A DNA stretch of 64,000 nt from assembly GCA_045614585.1 (NCBI GenBank), contig JAZLDD010000072.1, positions 6,761 to 70,760 on the forward strand. The letters are read 5' to 3'. Positions 47,254 through 56,107 of this stretch are shown here, in pieces. The notes under the pieces were generated by a model that worked only from the letters and a program-made list of their open reading frames with translations, was not told the origin of the DNA and did no database searches. Each line of letters starts with the position of its first letter. The stretch's first letter is position 1. The DNA comes from Akkermansia sp. Lineage in GTDB: Bacteria > Verrucomicrobiota > Verrucomicrobiia > Verrucomicrobiales > Akkermansiaceae. The translations under genes were made by a program, and so were the position numbers.

Positions 47254-48300
47254 ATGCCGTATACGAAGACTGAACTAGATATGGTGCGCCAGAAGCTGTC
47301 CACGGAGTGGGAGCATGACTGGGAGCAGACTACTGAGCGCGTAAAGCCGCACATGACTATCATTGACGAGGCCGAGGGCGACTATTTCGAAGTGCCGTAT
47401 GTAGGCGGTACGGAGATGATTGAATACACCGGCTCGAATGTTAATATGCTGCTGAGCAACGTGAACTACGAAAAGCGCGGCATGCGATACCGTAAGTTCT
47501 ACAATTACCAGAATATTTCTATCGACCAGGTGGACGATATGATGAATCTGGAGGTGACATTCAACCTGAAGAAAGAGAAGCAGCGAGCAGCTGCTGCACG
47601 TAAGACTGACGAGATTGCACTTGGTGTGATTAAGGACGCGAATACCAAAAAGTACCGCCTTAAAACGGAAGCAGACGGCGGTTATCTCGGCGGTATTCTC
47701 GGTACGAACTACGGTGGTGACGGCGGCTTGCAGAAGCATAACCTGGACCTGACGTATCCGACTGCGAGTAAGCGTACCAATCTTGTGCCCGTGGATTATT
47801 CCATCACCGGCACGCCTGGTGTGAGTGCGAATTTTGCCGGCACCATTTACGACAAGATCAACTATATCAAACGCATTCTCTCTGAGAATGAAGCCTTTGA
47901 AGGTACTTCGCCTGGTGAAATCTGCGTGGCTATCAGCCCCGCTGAAAAACAGCTTCTTTCCGCCTATGAAGTCGGGTTGAATAAGGATTATGGTTTCGGT
48001 AGGCTTTCCGAAACGGGGGCTACGTTCAATGAGCACTTGAATGTGACTTTCGTTGTGACCAATATGCTGCCGCTAATGGACACTGTTAACAAGGCCGGTA
48101 CGGCTGTGAACGGCTGCACGATGTGCGCTGCCTGGCTGCGTTCTCAGGTTGGCTACGGCGTTTGGCGCGGTGCTGAATGGACGCTGCAGAATGTCACCGG
48201 CGTGGCTGATGTGGACCACGCTATTCGTGTGCGCGGCAAGGCTGGCGCTATGAGATTCCGTGATGACTCAGTGTTTATTCTGCCGATGCAGCGCATCTGA
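47254..48300 (+). CDS. Major capsid protein
   Basis: Position, strong RBS, AAARKTDEI, GAMR; highly expressed-type codons; terminator follows. Confidence 0.8.
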   Translation: MPYTKTELDMVRQKLSTEWEHDWEQTTERVKPHMTIIDEAEGDYFEVPYVGGTEMIEYTGSNVNMLLSNVNYEKRGMRYRKFYNYQNISIDQVDDMMNLEVTFNLKKEKQRAAAARKTDEIALGVIKDANTKKYRLKTEADGGYLGGILGTNYGGDGGLQKHNLDLTYPTASKRTNLVPVDYSITGTPGVSANFAGTIYDKINYIKRILSENEAFEGTSPGEICVAISPAEKQLLSAYEVGLNKDYGFGRLSETGATFNEHLNVTFVVTNMLPLMDTVNKAGTAVNGCTMCAAWLRSQVGYGVWRGAEWTLQNVTGVADVDHAIRVRGKAGAMRFRDDSVFILPMQRI

Positions 48301-48327
48301 TTTTTTATTCCCGCATGACATAACAGT

Positions 48328-48358
48328 AAGGCCGCTCCACTTCGGAGCGGCCTTTTTT
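48328..48358. terminator. Terminator between convergent capsid and tail nozzle genes
   Basis: AAGGCCGCTCC-ACTTC-GGAGCGGCCTT followed by a T run. Confidence 0.85.
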
Positions 48359-48378
48359 CGTGAGAATCGGGTGCGTGG

Positions 48379-50853
48379 TCAGACTTGAGCCGCAAGTATT
48401 TCGCAAGAGGTATCACCGCACACGCGGATGCCGATGATGGGTGTTTCCTGCCAGCCTGAGGTGGTACAGAATGAGTTCCAGCCTGAGGGGAGTGTGCCAG
48501 TGTAAGCGATGGGGGTGTAGGTTGCATGGGCGCTGCGCGCAGAGATGGAGGCTGCCGGTACGGGGAGCTGCAGATAGAACCAGACTATCGACTGGTGCTG
48601 TTTGCGGTCGTTTGTCTCCATGCTGGAGAATGCTGTTGTTTCCATCTCTGAAGTGTAGTCATGACGGCCTGCATCGATATGGGGCGAGTTGGGGGTGATG
48701 ATTTCGATTTTGCGCGAGCCGTTGCGTGTGGTGATTAAGTAGAGGGAGTCTTGATTGTTGCCGTTGGGGAGGGCGCAGACTGACTCGATGTTTCCCTCTG
48801 TCTTCCAGCGGTGCCAGGCGTTAACATTGTGGTGTGTGTTGTAGGACATGAGGGCGAGGGTTCCATCAGCCAGCGTGAACACTGCGGTGCAGAATGGCTT
48901 GCGGACGATGGTGCCACCGGTTATGCCGCCGCCCTGGGTGAGGATGTGGTCCGCGAAGATGGTGAGATCCTGCGAGATGAAGGCGTCCTGGGCGTAATCG
49001 TATGCGAATTGGTAGAGTCGTCCTGCGCCTCTTTCGCAGTAGAGGAGTCGGTCAGCCGCCGAGGTGGCGGGGATGTGAGCACTACCGATGCGCCCATGAT
49101 TCACGATGCGGACATTGCCTGGGGAGATGGCTTCTCCTCCGGCTGATTGAATAATCCACTCGCCATCTTCTGTGCCGAGCTGTATAGACGAGCCGCGCGA
49201 TATCAGCCAGCAGATGGAGGCCTGGGTCTGGGTGGTCATGGTGAGGTGAAGGGCTGCGTTGTCTGTGCTGCCAGCGGCAAAGTTGTTCAGGTCGTCCGTG
49301 CGGCTCATCCAGATGGTCTGAGGTTGGAGAGTGGTGGATGCGAGCACGAGGCGGGACTCGTGCAGACATGCCAGGGCCGGGTAGCCGTAGCGCCCGTTGA
49401 AGGCGCACCATGACCAGTCTGTGGTGGTGAGGGAGCTGGTGAGAGGGCGCTTTACGGTGGTGGTGTCCTGCAGGTAGCCATCTGCCATGACGCGGAGGTG
49501 CATGTCGTGTTTGTAGGCAGAGACTACGAGGCGGTTTCCGCATTCATCTGGGGGCCAGCCAGATGCGATGTCTGTGCCTTGGTATCGCACTTGCGTGAGG
49601 AATAAACGCAGGTAACATTCTTCCTCTTCCTCGTTTCCTGTGATTAGGTTGTTGGTCGGAGATCCGATGAGGGAGAGTGATTCGCCGAGGGTTTCCCAGA
49701 GGGCGGTGAGTTCGCCGCTTGTGTAGGAGCGGCGTATTTCGTAGGCGCCGAACCAGGTGCCTGAGCAGTGAAATTTCCATGTGCCACGGCAGGTGAGGGA
49801 ATGCTCGCTCACAGAAATGCCGTATACGAAGTGAGCGGGATAGTCTGTCGGGGAGTTTTTGCCAGGAACGTAGTCAGTCTGAGTGAAGGGGCGGATGCAG
49901 GTGAAGAGTTTCCAGTAGCCGGAGCGGAGTTTTACTTTGTCGCCTTTTTTGAAAGAGGTAGATTCGGTGAGGCCAGTGATGGCGGCTACGGTGTCGAAGC
50001 CGGCGCTGTCCTCTGCGCGCATGAAGCGTGGGGAGTCTGAGGCCATGTAGTTGGCCGGGGATGTGCAGCCTTGTGTGAAGTCATTGGTTGCGTTGAAGTC
50101 TGCCACGCATATGAATAGCTCGTACTCCGGTGTCGTGGCGAGTGCGAGTTTGTCGCCAGGCTGGAAGGAGGAGTCCGCAGAGAGACCGGAATCGGTGGCT
50201 TCAAAGGTGGTCCAGTTGCCACCGCGAAGGGATGCGCCCGGGGTGTATGCTTCCTGGCGTTCGGTGTAGTATGAGGCACGGAGGATGTCGCCCGGGTCTG
50301 GGTCGGTTTCTTCCTCGAGTTCGTCTTCATGGAAAGAGACGGCATAGTAACCATTATCAGGGCTGATTGTGATTTCGTGGTCACGGGATGAGATAGTGTG
50401 CCAGGGCGGGTTTTTGAAGGTAAATGGCGTGAGCGTCCAGTTCAAGTCGCGGTCTATCTGGAGTTTTAAGACCTGAGATTCCGGAGAGAGGAGAAGCAGC
50501 ATGGAGTTCAGCTGCATGTAGGAGAGGAGATTGATGTCGTCATAGCCCCAGTCGGAATCCTCGGTTGAGTCGAAGCGCGCGCATTCAGCGCCGGAGATGT
50601 CGAGTACGCGGATGGTGCTTGCTGATACTTCCACCAGATAGGTAAGGTCTGATGCGTAGACAAAGGGGATAAGTCGGGAGGGCTCCGCCAGGGCTGACGT
50701 GAAAGGTTCCATGCCACGGCGGCGGGAGATGCCGCCGGTGGGGGAGACTTCCCAGTTAAGCAGGGAGGTGCAGGAGCGAGGGAATGCGTCCATGTCGGAG
50801 CGAAGTGCCATGGCCGGCGAGATTTCACCGCCGTTAAATGCGAGTCTTTTCAT
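48379..50853 (-). CDS. Tail tubular protein B / nozzle (T7 gp12/P22 gp10-like)
   Basis: AFNGGEISP..RSD, GGISRRRG, GYPALACLHESRL, IWMSRTDD, DLTIFADHI, AWHRW; ATGA overlap with terL. Confidence 0.88.
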   Translation of the reverse strand: MKRLAFNGGEISPAMALRSDMDAFPRSCTSLLNWEVSPTGGISRRRGMEPFTSALAEPSRLIPFVYASDLTYLVEVSASTIRVLDISGAECARFDSTEDSDWGYDDINLLSYMQLNSMLLLLSPESQVLKLQIDRDLNWTLTPFTFKNPPWHTISSRDHEITISPDNGYYAVSFHEDELEEETDPDPGDILRASYYTERQEAYTPGASLRGGNWTTFEATDSGLSADSSFQPGDKLALATTPEYELFICVADFNATNDFTQGCTSPANYMASDSPRFMRAEDSAGFDTVAAITGLTESTSFKKGDKVKLRSGYWKLFTCIRPFTQTDYVPGKNSPTDYPAHFVYGISVSEHSLTCRGTWKFHCSGTWFGAYEIRRSYTSGELTALWETLGESLSLIGSPTNNLITGNEEEEECYLRLFLTQVRYQGTDIASGWPPDECGNRLVVSAYKHDMHLRVMADGYLQDTTTVKRPLTSSLTTTDWSWCAFNGRYGYPALACLHESRLVLASTTLQPQTIWMSRTDDLNNFAAGSTDNAALHLTMTTQTQASICWLISRGSSIQLGTEDGEWIIQSAGGEAISPGNVRIVNHGRIGSAHIPATSAADRLLYCERGAGRLYQFAYDYAQDAFISQDLTIFADHILTQGGGITGGTIVRKPFCTAVFTLADGTLALMSYNTHHNVNAWHRWKTEGNIESVCALPNGNNQDSLYLITTRNGSRKIEIITPNSPHIDAGRHDYTSEMETTAFSSMETNDRKQHQSIVWFYLQLPVPAASISARSAHATYTPIAYTGTLPSGWNSFCTTSGWQETPIIGIRVCGDTSCEILAAQV

Positions 50854-52466
50854 CTTAAGTGTGATTGAATGGTTGATCTTTGTTTTTTGAGACGGTGCGT
50901 GACCGGGGTAGAGGACCAGCCACGGTGAGGGTTTATGAGGCCGTGATGTACGGCATCGGCAAAGGTTCTGAGGGCATCGCATGCGTGCGATGATTCGTCG
51001 TGTTTGGGCATGGTGGCGAGGTTGCCTGAGGCTCCAGGGTCGGCCGTGGTGTAATCCTTGAGGCTGTCGAGGCCTGAGGGGTATCGACGACCGTTGCAGT
51101 TGGTGAATTCGGAGCACCGCGCGTGTATGACGGCGTGCTCAAGCAGCTCGCGCGTGTTGTCGATGGACGCCCAGAGATTCTGGGTGCGAGGCACAAGGAT
51201 GGTGGAGTATCCAGCCTGGCGTATAGATTGTTCAAATGTATTGTAATAGAAATCGCGGCGGGAGGCATCATGCGGCAGGACGCAGGCGGTGCAACGTGTC
51301 CAGCGGGCATCGTGCTCGCGCATGATGTCGAGGTAGTGAGAAATGGGCTGGTTTGAGGCTGTGTAGTTGTCGAGCAGGAGCCATTTGCCGTTTCCGCTGG
51401 GCTGAATCCACCAGATTGACATGTAGTCCGCTATACCTATGTCCCATGTAGCGAAGATGGGGAGGTGGGGGTCTGCTTCATATTCAGCGGCGATGTGACC
51501 TCTCTCCATGAGGTCGAAAAGCTGGACTGAGTATATGGTGCCGTCTGTGAGGTTGTTCAGCGCTTCTTCCGGCGTGCTAGGATACTCCTGCTTGACTCCG
51601 GAGCGAAGGGTTCTGCATTTGCCAAGATACCATGCTTTCTGGGCATCTGTGAGAGTGATACCGCATTTTGCTTCGAGAGATCGGAAGTATTTGTCCTGGT
51701 CGGCGGTTGGGTATGGAGTCCAGCCAGGGAGCTGGTATTCCGGGTGTTTGAACCACGGGAAGAAGTAAAATTTGTAATCGAGCGGGGTGAGAGGCTTACC
51801 GATGAGGTTCATAGCATCTTCTACCATCTCGAAATTGACGCCAGATTTGCCGCCCTCGTGAGTGGATTCGAAGAATATAAGGCATTCCGTGCCGACGGTT
51901 TCCTGGCAACCTGTGCGGATTTCCTGCGCGCGCTGTGGAAATTTTTTCGATATGCTGCCGAGTTCTGATACGTGGAGCAGCTGGAGAGTTCCACCGCGAA
52001 GGGATGCGCCCACGTAGATGAATGAGCCGTTGTGGAAGTGGGCTTCCTCGGATTTGATATCGGTGCCGGTGGAGGCTTTTTTGATTTCAGAGCCAATTTC
52101 GGCTAAGGCGCGGTCGAGCGTGGTGGGGGCAGGGGGTAGATAGTCGAGGTTTTTGTAGGAGAAGGCGATTTTGGCGAGCTTGGCTTTAGCGTCAGGGAGG
52201 GTGCGGTCGACGATGCCGGCCTTGAAGTTGTGATTGAAAAGGCACGAGTCGAGGATCAGGATGGAGATAAAGGTGGAAATGCCTAGCTGGCGAACTTTGA
52301 GTATATTGTTTCGGGTGTGTCGGGTGCGGTAGAGGTCGAGCTGCGCCCAGTTTGGCCGGAAGCGCACCATGCGGCCGGCCTTGTCGGTTATCCAGTATAG
52401 ATTAGATATACGCCAGAGCTGGTCGCTGAGAAGTGCTGTGAGCTGCTTAGCATTCTGCATTTGCAT
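50850..52466 (-). CDS. Terminase large subunit
   Basis: WRISNLYWI, ILKVRQLGIST, LHVSE, ESTHEG, QEYPSTPEEA, WDIG, LPHD, HDESSHACDALR. Confidence 0.92.
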   Translation of the reverse strand: MQMQNAKQLTALLSDQLWRISNLYWITDKAGRMVRFRPNWAQLDLYRTRHTRNNILKVRQLGISTFISILILDSCLFNHNFKAGIVDRTLPDAKAKLAKIAFSYKNLDYLPPAPTTLDRALAEIGSEIKKASTGTDIKSEEAHFHNGSFIYVGASLRGGTLQLLHVSELGSISKKFPQRAQEIRTGCQETVGTECLIFFESTHEGGKSGVNFEMVEDAMNLIGKPLTPLDYKFYFFPWFKHPEYQLPGWTPYPTADQDKYFRSLEAKCGITLTDAQKAWYLGKCRTLRSGVKQEYPSTPEEALNNLTDGTIYSVQLFDLMERGHIAAEYEADPHLPIFATWDIGIADYMSIWWIQPSGNGKWLLLDNYTASNQPISHYLDIMREHDARWTRCTACVLPHDASRRDFYYNTFEQSIRQAGYSTILVPRTQNLWASIDNTRELLEHAVIHARCSEFTNCNGRRYPSGLDSLKDYTTADPGASGNLATMPKHDESSHACDALRTFADAVHHGLINPHRGWSSTPVTHRLKKQRSTIQSHLR

Positions 52467-52468
52467 GG

Positions 52469-52543
52469 ATGATATCAGGCAGGGGGTACGGAGCGCTATG
52501 TATCATTCAATACATAGCATGAGAGAAATTGGGAGGGTAGAAT
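52469..52543. promoter_or_regulatory. Divergent late promoters sharing the palindrome GCTATGTAT-CATTCA-ATACATAGC
   Basis: Palindrome 52495-52518; TAGAAT at 52538 (+) 22 nt from the core box; TATCAT at 52474-52469 (-) 23 nt from the core box. Confidence 0.65.
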
Positions 52544-52549
52544 ATGGAT

Positions 52550-54982
52550 ATGAAGTATAGTACAGGGACGATGTTTAATTTTTCGGTGGCGGCAGGTATT
52601 GCCGAGGTTATAAAAATCAAGGTCGGTTTTGCTGGCGAGATTGATGGGTTGAACGTAAGTGATGCTACTTTCCGTTTCAGTTACCGAGCCGAGGGCGGAG
52701 ATATAGCCTATGCTACCGTGGAGCATGGCGAGGAGGACGGCAGCTTGTACCTGCATCTTCCGTCAGTTGGGTCCGGCGAGTACCAGTACGTGCTTGAATA
52801 TGTTGATTCGCTCGGCCGGAATGGTGTGCTGTTGTGCGGTATCCTGACTGCTATATCCAGGGCGGTTGCTGACGCAATAAGCGAGGTGGCAAATGCTGCG
52901 GAGGTGCGAGTACTGGAGGTGACTGCAGGTGGGTTGCACGGTGGCCCTCTGGAGTTGCGCTGGTGTGCAAGCAGCGTGGCTTCTAAATACGCCGAGGATG
53001 CGCGAGCGGCTGCGGACAAGGCTGAGGCTGCGGCTGGTCTTGCAGGTGGGTACAGCGATGATGTTTTAGCTACGCTCAGGCTGGCACAGGCGTTCATGGA
53101 CTCGTTTAACGCAGCGTTAATGAACGCTATTTCTGTGAAGGACAATTACCTCTATGTGGGTGGGAAGAGCACCGGCCACTACCTGAAAGGCAATGATGGT
53201 GTCACTCCGCATATCGGGCTAGATGGTTGTTGGTATGCGGGCACCAAGAAGCTCAGCGATGAGTCGGCATTCGGTAAGGATGGTATTACTCCGCACATCA
53301 CGGCTGATGGTTACTGGGCGTTCGGCGACTATAAGAGCCCAGTGCTGGCTGAGGGCAAAGATGGGCTCAGTGGCGATGCAATACGGTTTATTCTGGTTGA
53401 CAGTTACGCGGATATACCGCAGAGCGGAGATACGTGCAATGGTGGATACCGCTACCTGGTGAAGAAGGAGAGCTGGGCACTTATAGGCGATGCAAGCGCG
53501 AACGGTTCCGGAGAATGGAGCGGGTGGAAGATACCTGCGTATGAAATGCCAAGCGAGTTTAACAGACTTAAAGTTCCAGGTGCTTTAAACCAGAACAGTA
53601 CACCTGTGTATCTGCTTGTGCGTACAGAGGGTGGAGAGGTACTTGGTGTGTCCGCTAACGCTAAAACATGGAACGTGGGTGATGTTGTAACGTGGGAGTT
53701 TTCGGAACCTGTAAAAGTGCCGAATAATTGTGTGGTTGATATGTTCCTGAGGAAGACAAACGAGGCATCTACCGGCAATCTGCAAGACGATAGAATCAAA
53801 ATGAAGTCTATCTTGAACGGCAATGAGGGCAATTGCAAGGTCTTTTTTGACGGTGAGCCGTATGGCCCTCGCACGCCTTACTTGCTTGCCTATGGAGCCG
53901 GGTATGCCGAGCAGTACGATATCTACGCGTGGGTTGAGAACCAGGGCTCTGCAAGTTGGGTAAGGATTGACAAAACAAACCAGATTGCTAATTCCCGAGT
54001 GTATGGCTTGATGAAATACGCCACGGAGATGACGGTAAATGGAGGTGCGCCGGTCGGGCAGAATGCCGATGGTCAGGCGAGCGTGCCGATTGCTAATCCC
54101 GCTCTGCCTGGGGCGGTGCTACCAAGCTCTACCGCTACGGAGTCCGACGGCGGGCGTACTCATGTGGGGTCTGACAACAAGTTGTATGTGGACTACGCTA
54201 ATCCCTCGATTCCGGGCGTTGGCAAGACCTCATACACTCTGACCGTAGAGGACACTGCGACCGTGGGTATGACTGCAGATGGCAAGTATGCGGTGCCGCG
54301 AGCTGATGTCAGGCAATGGGGATGTTGCCGCATAGGTACGGTAATTCGGCAGACTAATGGTGCGCCGTACATTATTCCTATGGGACGAGCAGCGGATGGC
54401 CTTACAGAACGCCCTGATGGTGGAGGAGGTGACATATCAGGGCAGCTGATGATGAATACTTTGTACGGTGGCGCGATTCGCACATATGGGAAGGTAGAAT
54501 GGGAAGCGTGGCTGCCCCAAGGTCTGGATTATGGCAGTATTTACGATAACAGCAATGCGGTCGGTCTGGTTACCAGTGTTCAGTTCCAGCAGACGGCGGC
54601 TGTTGGTCTGGAGCTGCTGGCGGCAACTACCGAAACGCTTGCTGGTGTGTACATAGCCAGAGGTAAGGATGACGATCGTCCCGCGGCTGTGGTGGCTGCT
54701 GCTACTCTCCGAAACGTGGAGACGACGATAAGGGAATGGGTGGAGGATAATTTCTGCAAGCAGGATAATGTGGTGACGGATACATCGCTGGCTCAATCTT
54801 TGAATTCGTACCTGACTAAATCAAAGGCGTCTTCTACCTATGTCGGCAAAACTGATTTTGACGAGCTGAGCAAAAACGTGATGCTGAAGAGCGAGTTCAT
54901 GCCATGCAAGATGGTGACCGAGGAAGAGTACAATGCTCTGGGCGATAAGCTGGATGAGAATGTGGCATATATTGTTGTATGA
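52550..54982 (+). CDS. Tail fibre / tail spike protein
   Basis: GxDGxTPHI..GxW repeats (x2); AxxxxxGxV fibre-like repeats; start may be 52544 or 52550. Confidence 0.7.
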   Translation: MKYSTGTMFNFSVAAGIAEVIKIKVGFAGEIDGLNVSDATFRFSYRAEGGDIAYATVEHGEEDGSLYLHLPSVGSGEYQYVLEYVDSLGRNGVLLCGILTAISRAVADAISEVANAAEVRVLEVTAGGLHGGPLELRWCASSVASKYAEDARAAADKAEAAAGLAGGYSDDVLATLRLAQAFMDSFNAALMNAISVKDNYLYVGGKSTGHYLKGNDGVTPHIGLDGCWYAGTKKLSDESAFGKDGITPHITADGYWAFGDYKSPVLAEGKDGLSGDAIRFILVDSYADIPQSGDTCNGGYRYLVKKESWALIGDASANGSGEWSGWKIPAYEMPSEFNRLKVPGALNQNSTPVYLLVRTEGGEVLGVSANAKTWNVGDVVTWEFSEPVKVPNNCVVDMFLRKTNEASTGNLQDDRIKMKSILNGNEGNCKVFFDGEPYGPRTPYLLAYGAGYAEQYDIYAWVENQGSASWVRIDKTNQIANSRVYGLMKYATEMTVNGGAPVGQNADGQASVPIANPALPGAVLPSSTATESDGGRTHVGSDNKLYVDYANPSIPGVGKTSYTLTVEDTATVGMTADGKYAVPRADVRQWGCCRIGTVIRQTNGAPYIIPMGRAADGLTERPDGGGGDISGQLMMNTLYGGAIRTYGKVEWEAWLPQGLDYGSIYDNSNAVGLVTSVQFQQTAAVGLELLAATTETLAGVYIARGKDDDRPAAVVAAATLRNVETTIREWVEDNFCKQDNVVTDTSLAQSLNSYLTKSKASSTYVGKTDFDELSKNVMLKSEFMPCKMVTEEEYNALGDKLDENVAYIVV

Positions 54983-55776
54983 GAATAACATATAAAGGGG
55001 ATAAGCGCCGCTTCGTTCACAACTGGAAGGCTGGTAGAACACAGGCTAAGCGTGTGATGATTAAGCGGGAGCAGGTGTGGCCTGGAGGCGGGGCTCGGAT
55101 AAGACGTGTTGCTTTTGATCTGAGCGAGCTTGAGGCGAGTCGTGACCTGGCGTACTGGCTGCATGCGCTGGAGGCCACTGCTGCCGTTTCCTCGGAACGC
55201 TGCTACCTTGGATTCGAGGTAGCAGGGAGAAAGTATCGAGTGAACACCACGCACGATGGTATTGCCCTGGTAATGTATTCACTCGGTGCGATTGATTTTG
55301 GCGAGAATGGCCCAGGGATGGGGGACCTGCTTGTTGGGAGCGAGATTACGCTGACTGCGAATATACCTGCGAGAGAGTCTCTGGAGTACAATGGTGAGGG
55401 CTTAGAGCTTCCGCTTCCGTACTTGACGGACACTCAGCTCCGGGTTTGCTTCAGCAAGGGAAAGAAGCGGAAATGGGCTGGGCGCCGGTTTGAGGTGCAG
55501 GGGCAGCCCAGCCAGGTGGTTCACTATGGCGGCAGTTGTGAGACCAGTGAGCACAAGCGTGGTAAGAAGACTAGAATTCTTCCAGGGAACACGCACAAAT
55601 GGTATCACCGCGTTTACAATAACGTGATGGAGGCTGGTGATAAATCGCTTGTGATTGACTCGGTACCCAGGGGGTCAGCAACCCAGAGTCATGGAGTGAC
55701 TCTGCTGTGGCCGGCGTTCAAGAAGACCTTCACCCTGAAGGTGACAGCATTAGAATATTATGAACCGGGTGTGTGA
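54979..55776 (+). CDS. Tail-associated hypothetical protein
   Basis: ATGA overlap with the fibre gene; KRVMIKREQVWP N-terminal motif. Confidence 0.6.
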   Translation: MRITYKGDKRRFVHNWKAGRTQAKRVMIKREQVWPGGGARIRRVAFDLSELEASRDLAYWLHALEATAAVSSERCYLGFEVAGRKYRVNTTHDGIALVMYSLGAIDFGENGPGMGDLLVGSEITLTANIPARESLEYNGEGLELPLPYLTDTQLRVCFSKGKKRKWAGRRFEVQGQPSQVVHYGGSCETSEHKRGKKTRILPGNTHKWYHRVYNNVMEAGDKSLVIDSVPRGSATQSHGVTLLWPAFKKTFTLKVTALEYYEPGV

Positions 55777-56107
55777 GGCGAGGGCTTTTCTTGAGGCTCA
55801 GGAGGAAGGCGCTTTTGAGCAGGTGTGTGACGCGGCGATGGCGTGCGGCGGGGTGCTTGTGATGATGCCGGAGTGTTTTCTGGCGGCAGCTCCGGTGCGC
55901 GATGAGCCGGAGGTGTTGCATGTGATTTTTCAGTGTTCGGAGCTGCCGACCTTGTACCGTGTGCTGTGTGCTCTGCCGTATGAGGTGGTGGAGTGGCGGC
56001 GGGATTTCGGACACAGTGAGCAGTATGGGACGAGGAGACGGCGTATTGCTGACTGGGGGAGAAAACTGGGGCTTGCGGAACAACTTAACAGAAAGAACGA
56101 TTTATGA
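55760..56107 (+). CDS. Small virion-associated protein (T7 gp13/GNAT-like by position)
   Basis: Position before the internal virion genes; phage codon usage. Confidence 0.5.
   Translation: MNRVCEARAFLEAQEEGAFEQVCDAAMACGGVLVMMPECFLAAAPVRDEPEVLHVIFQCSELPTLYRVLCALPYEVVEWRRDFGHSEQYGTRRRRIADWGRKLGLAEQLNRKNDL

Noticed and set aside
50854-51117. N-terminal extension of the nozzle ORF
   Set aside because: Overlaps terL; the conserved FNGGEISP start and ATGA coupling point to ATG 50853
41825-55776. Diversity-generating retroelement or invertase shufflon acting on fibre genes
   Set aside because: No reverse transcriptase, no TR/VR pair and no serine invertase seen in the window
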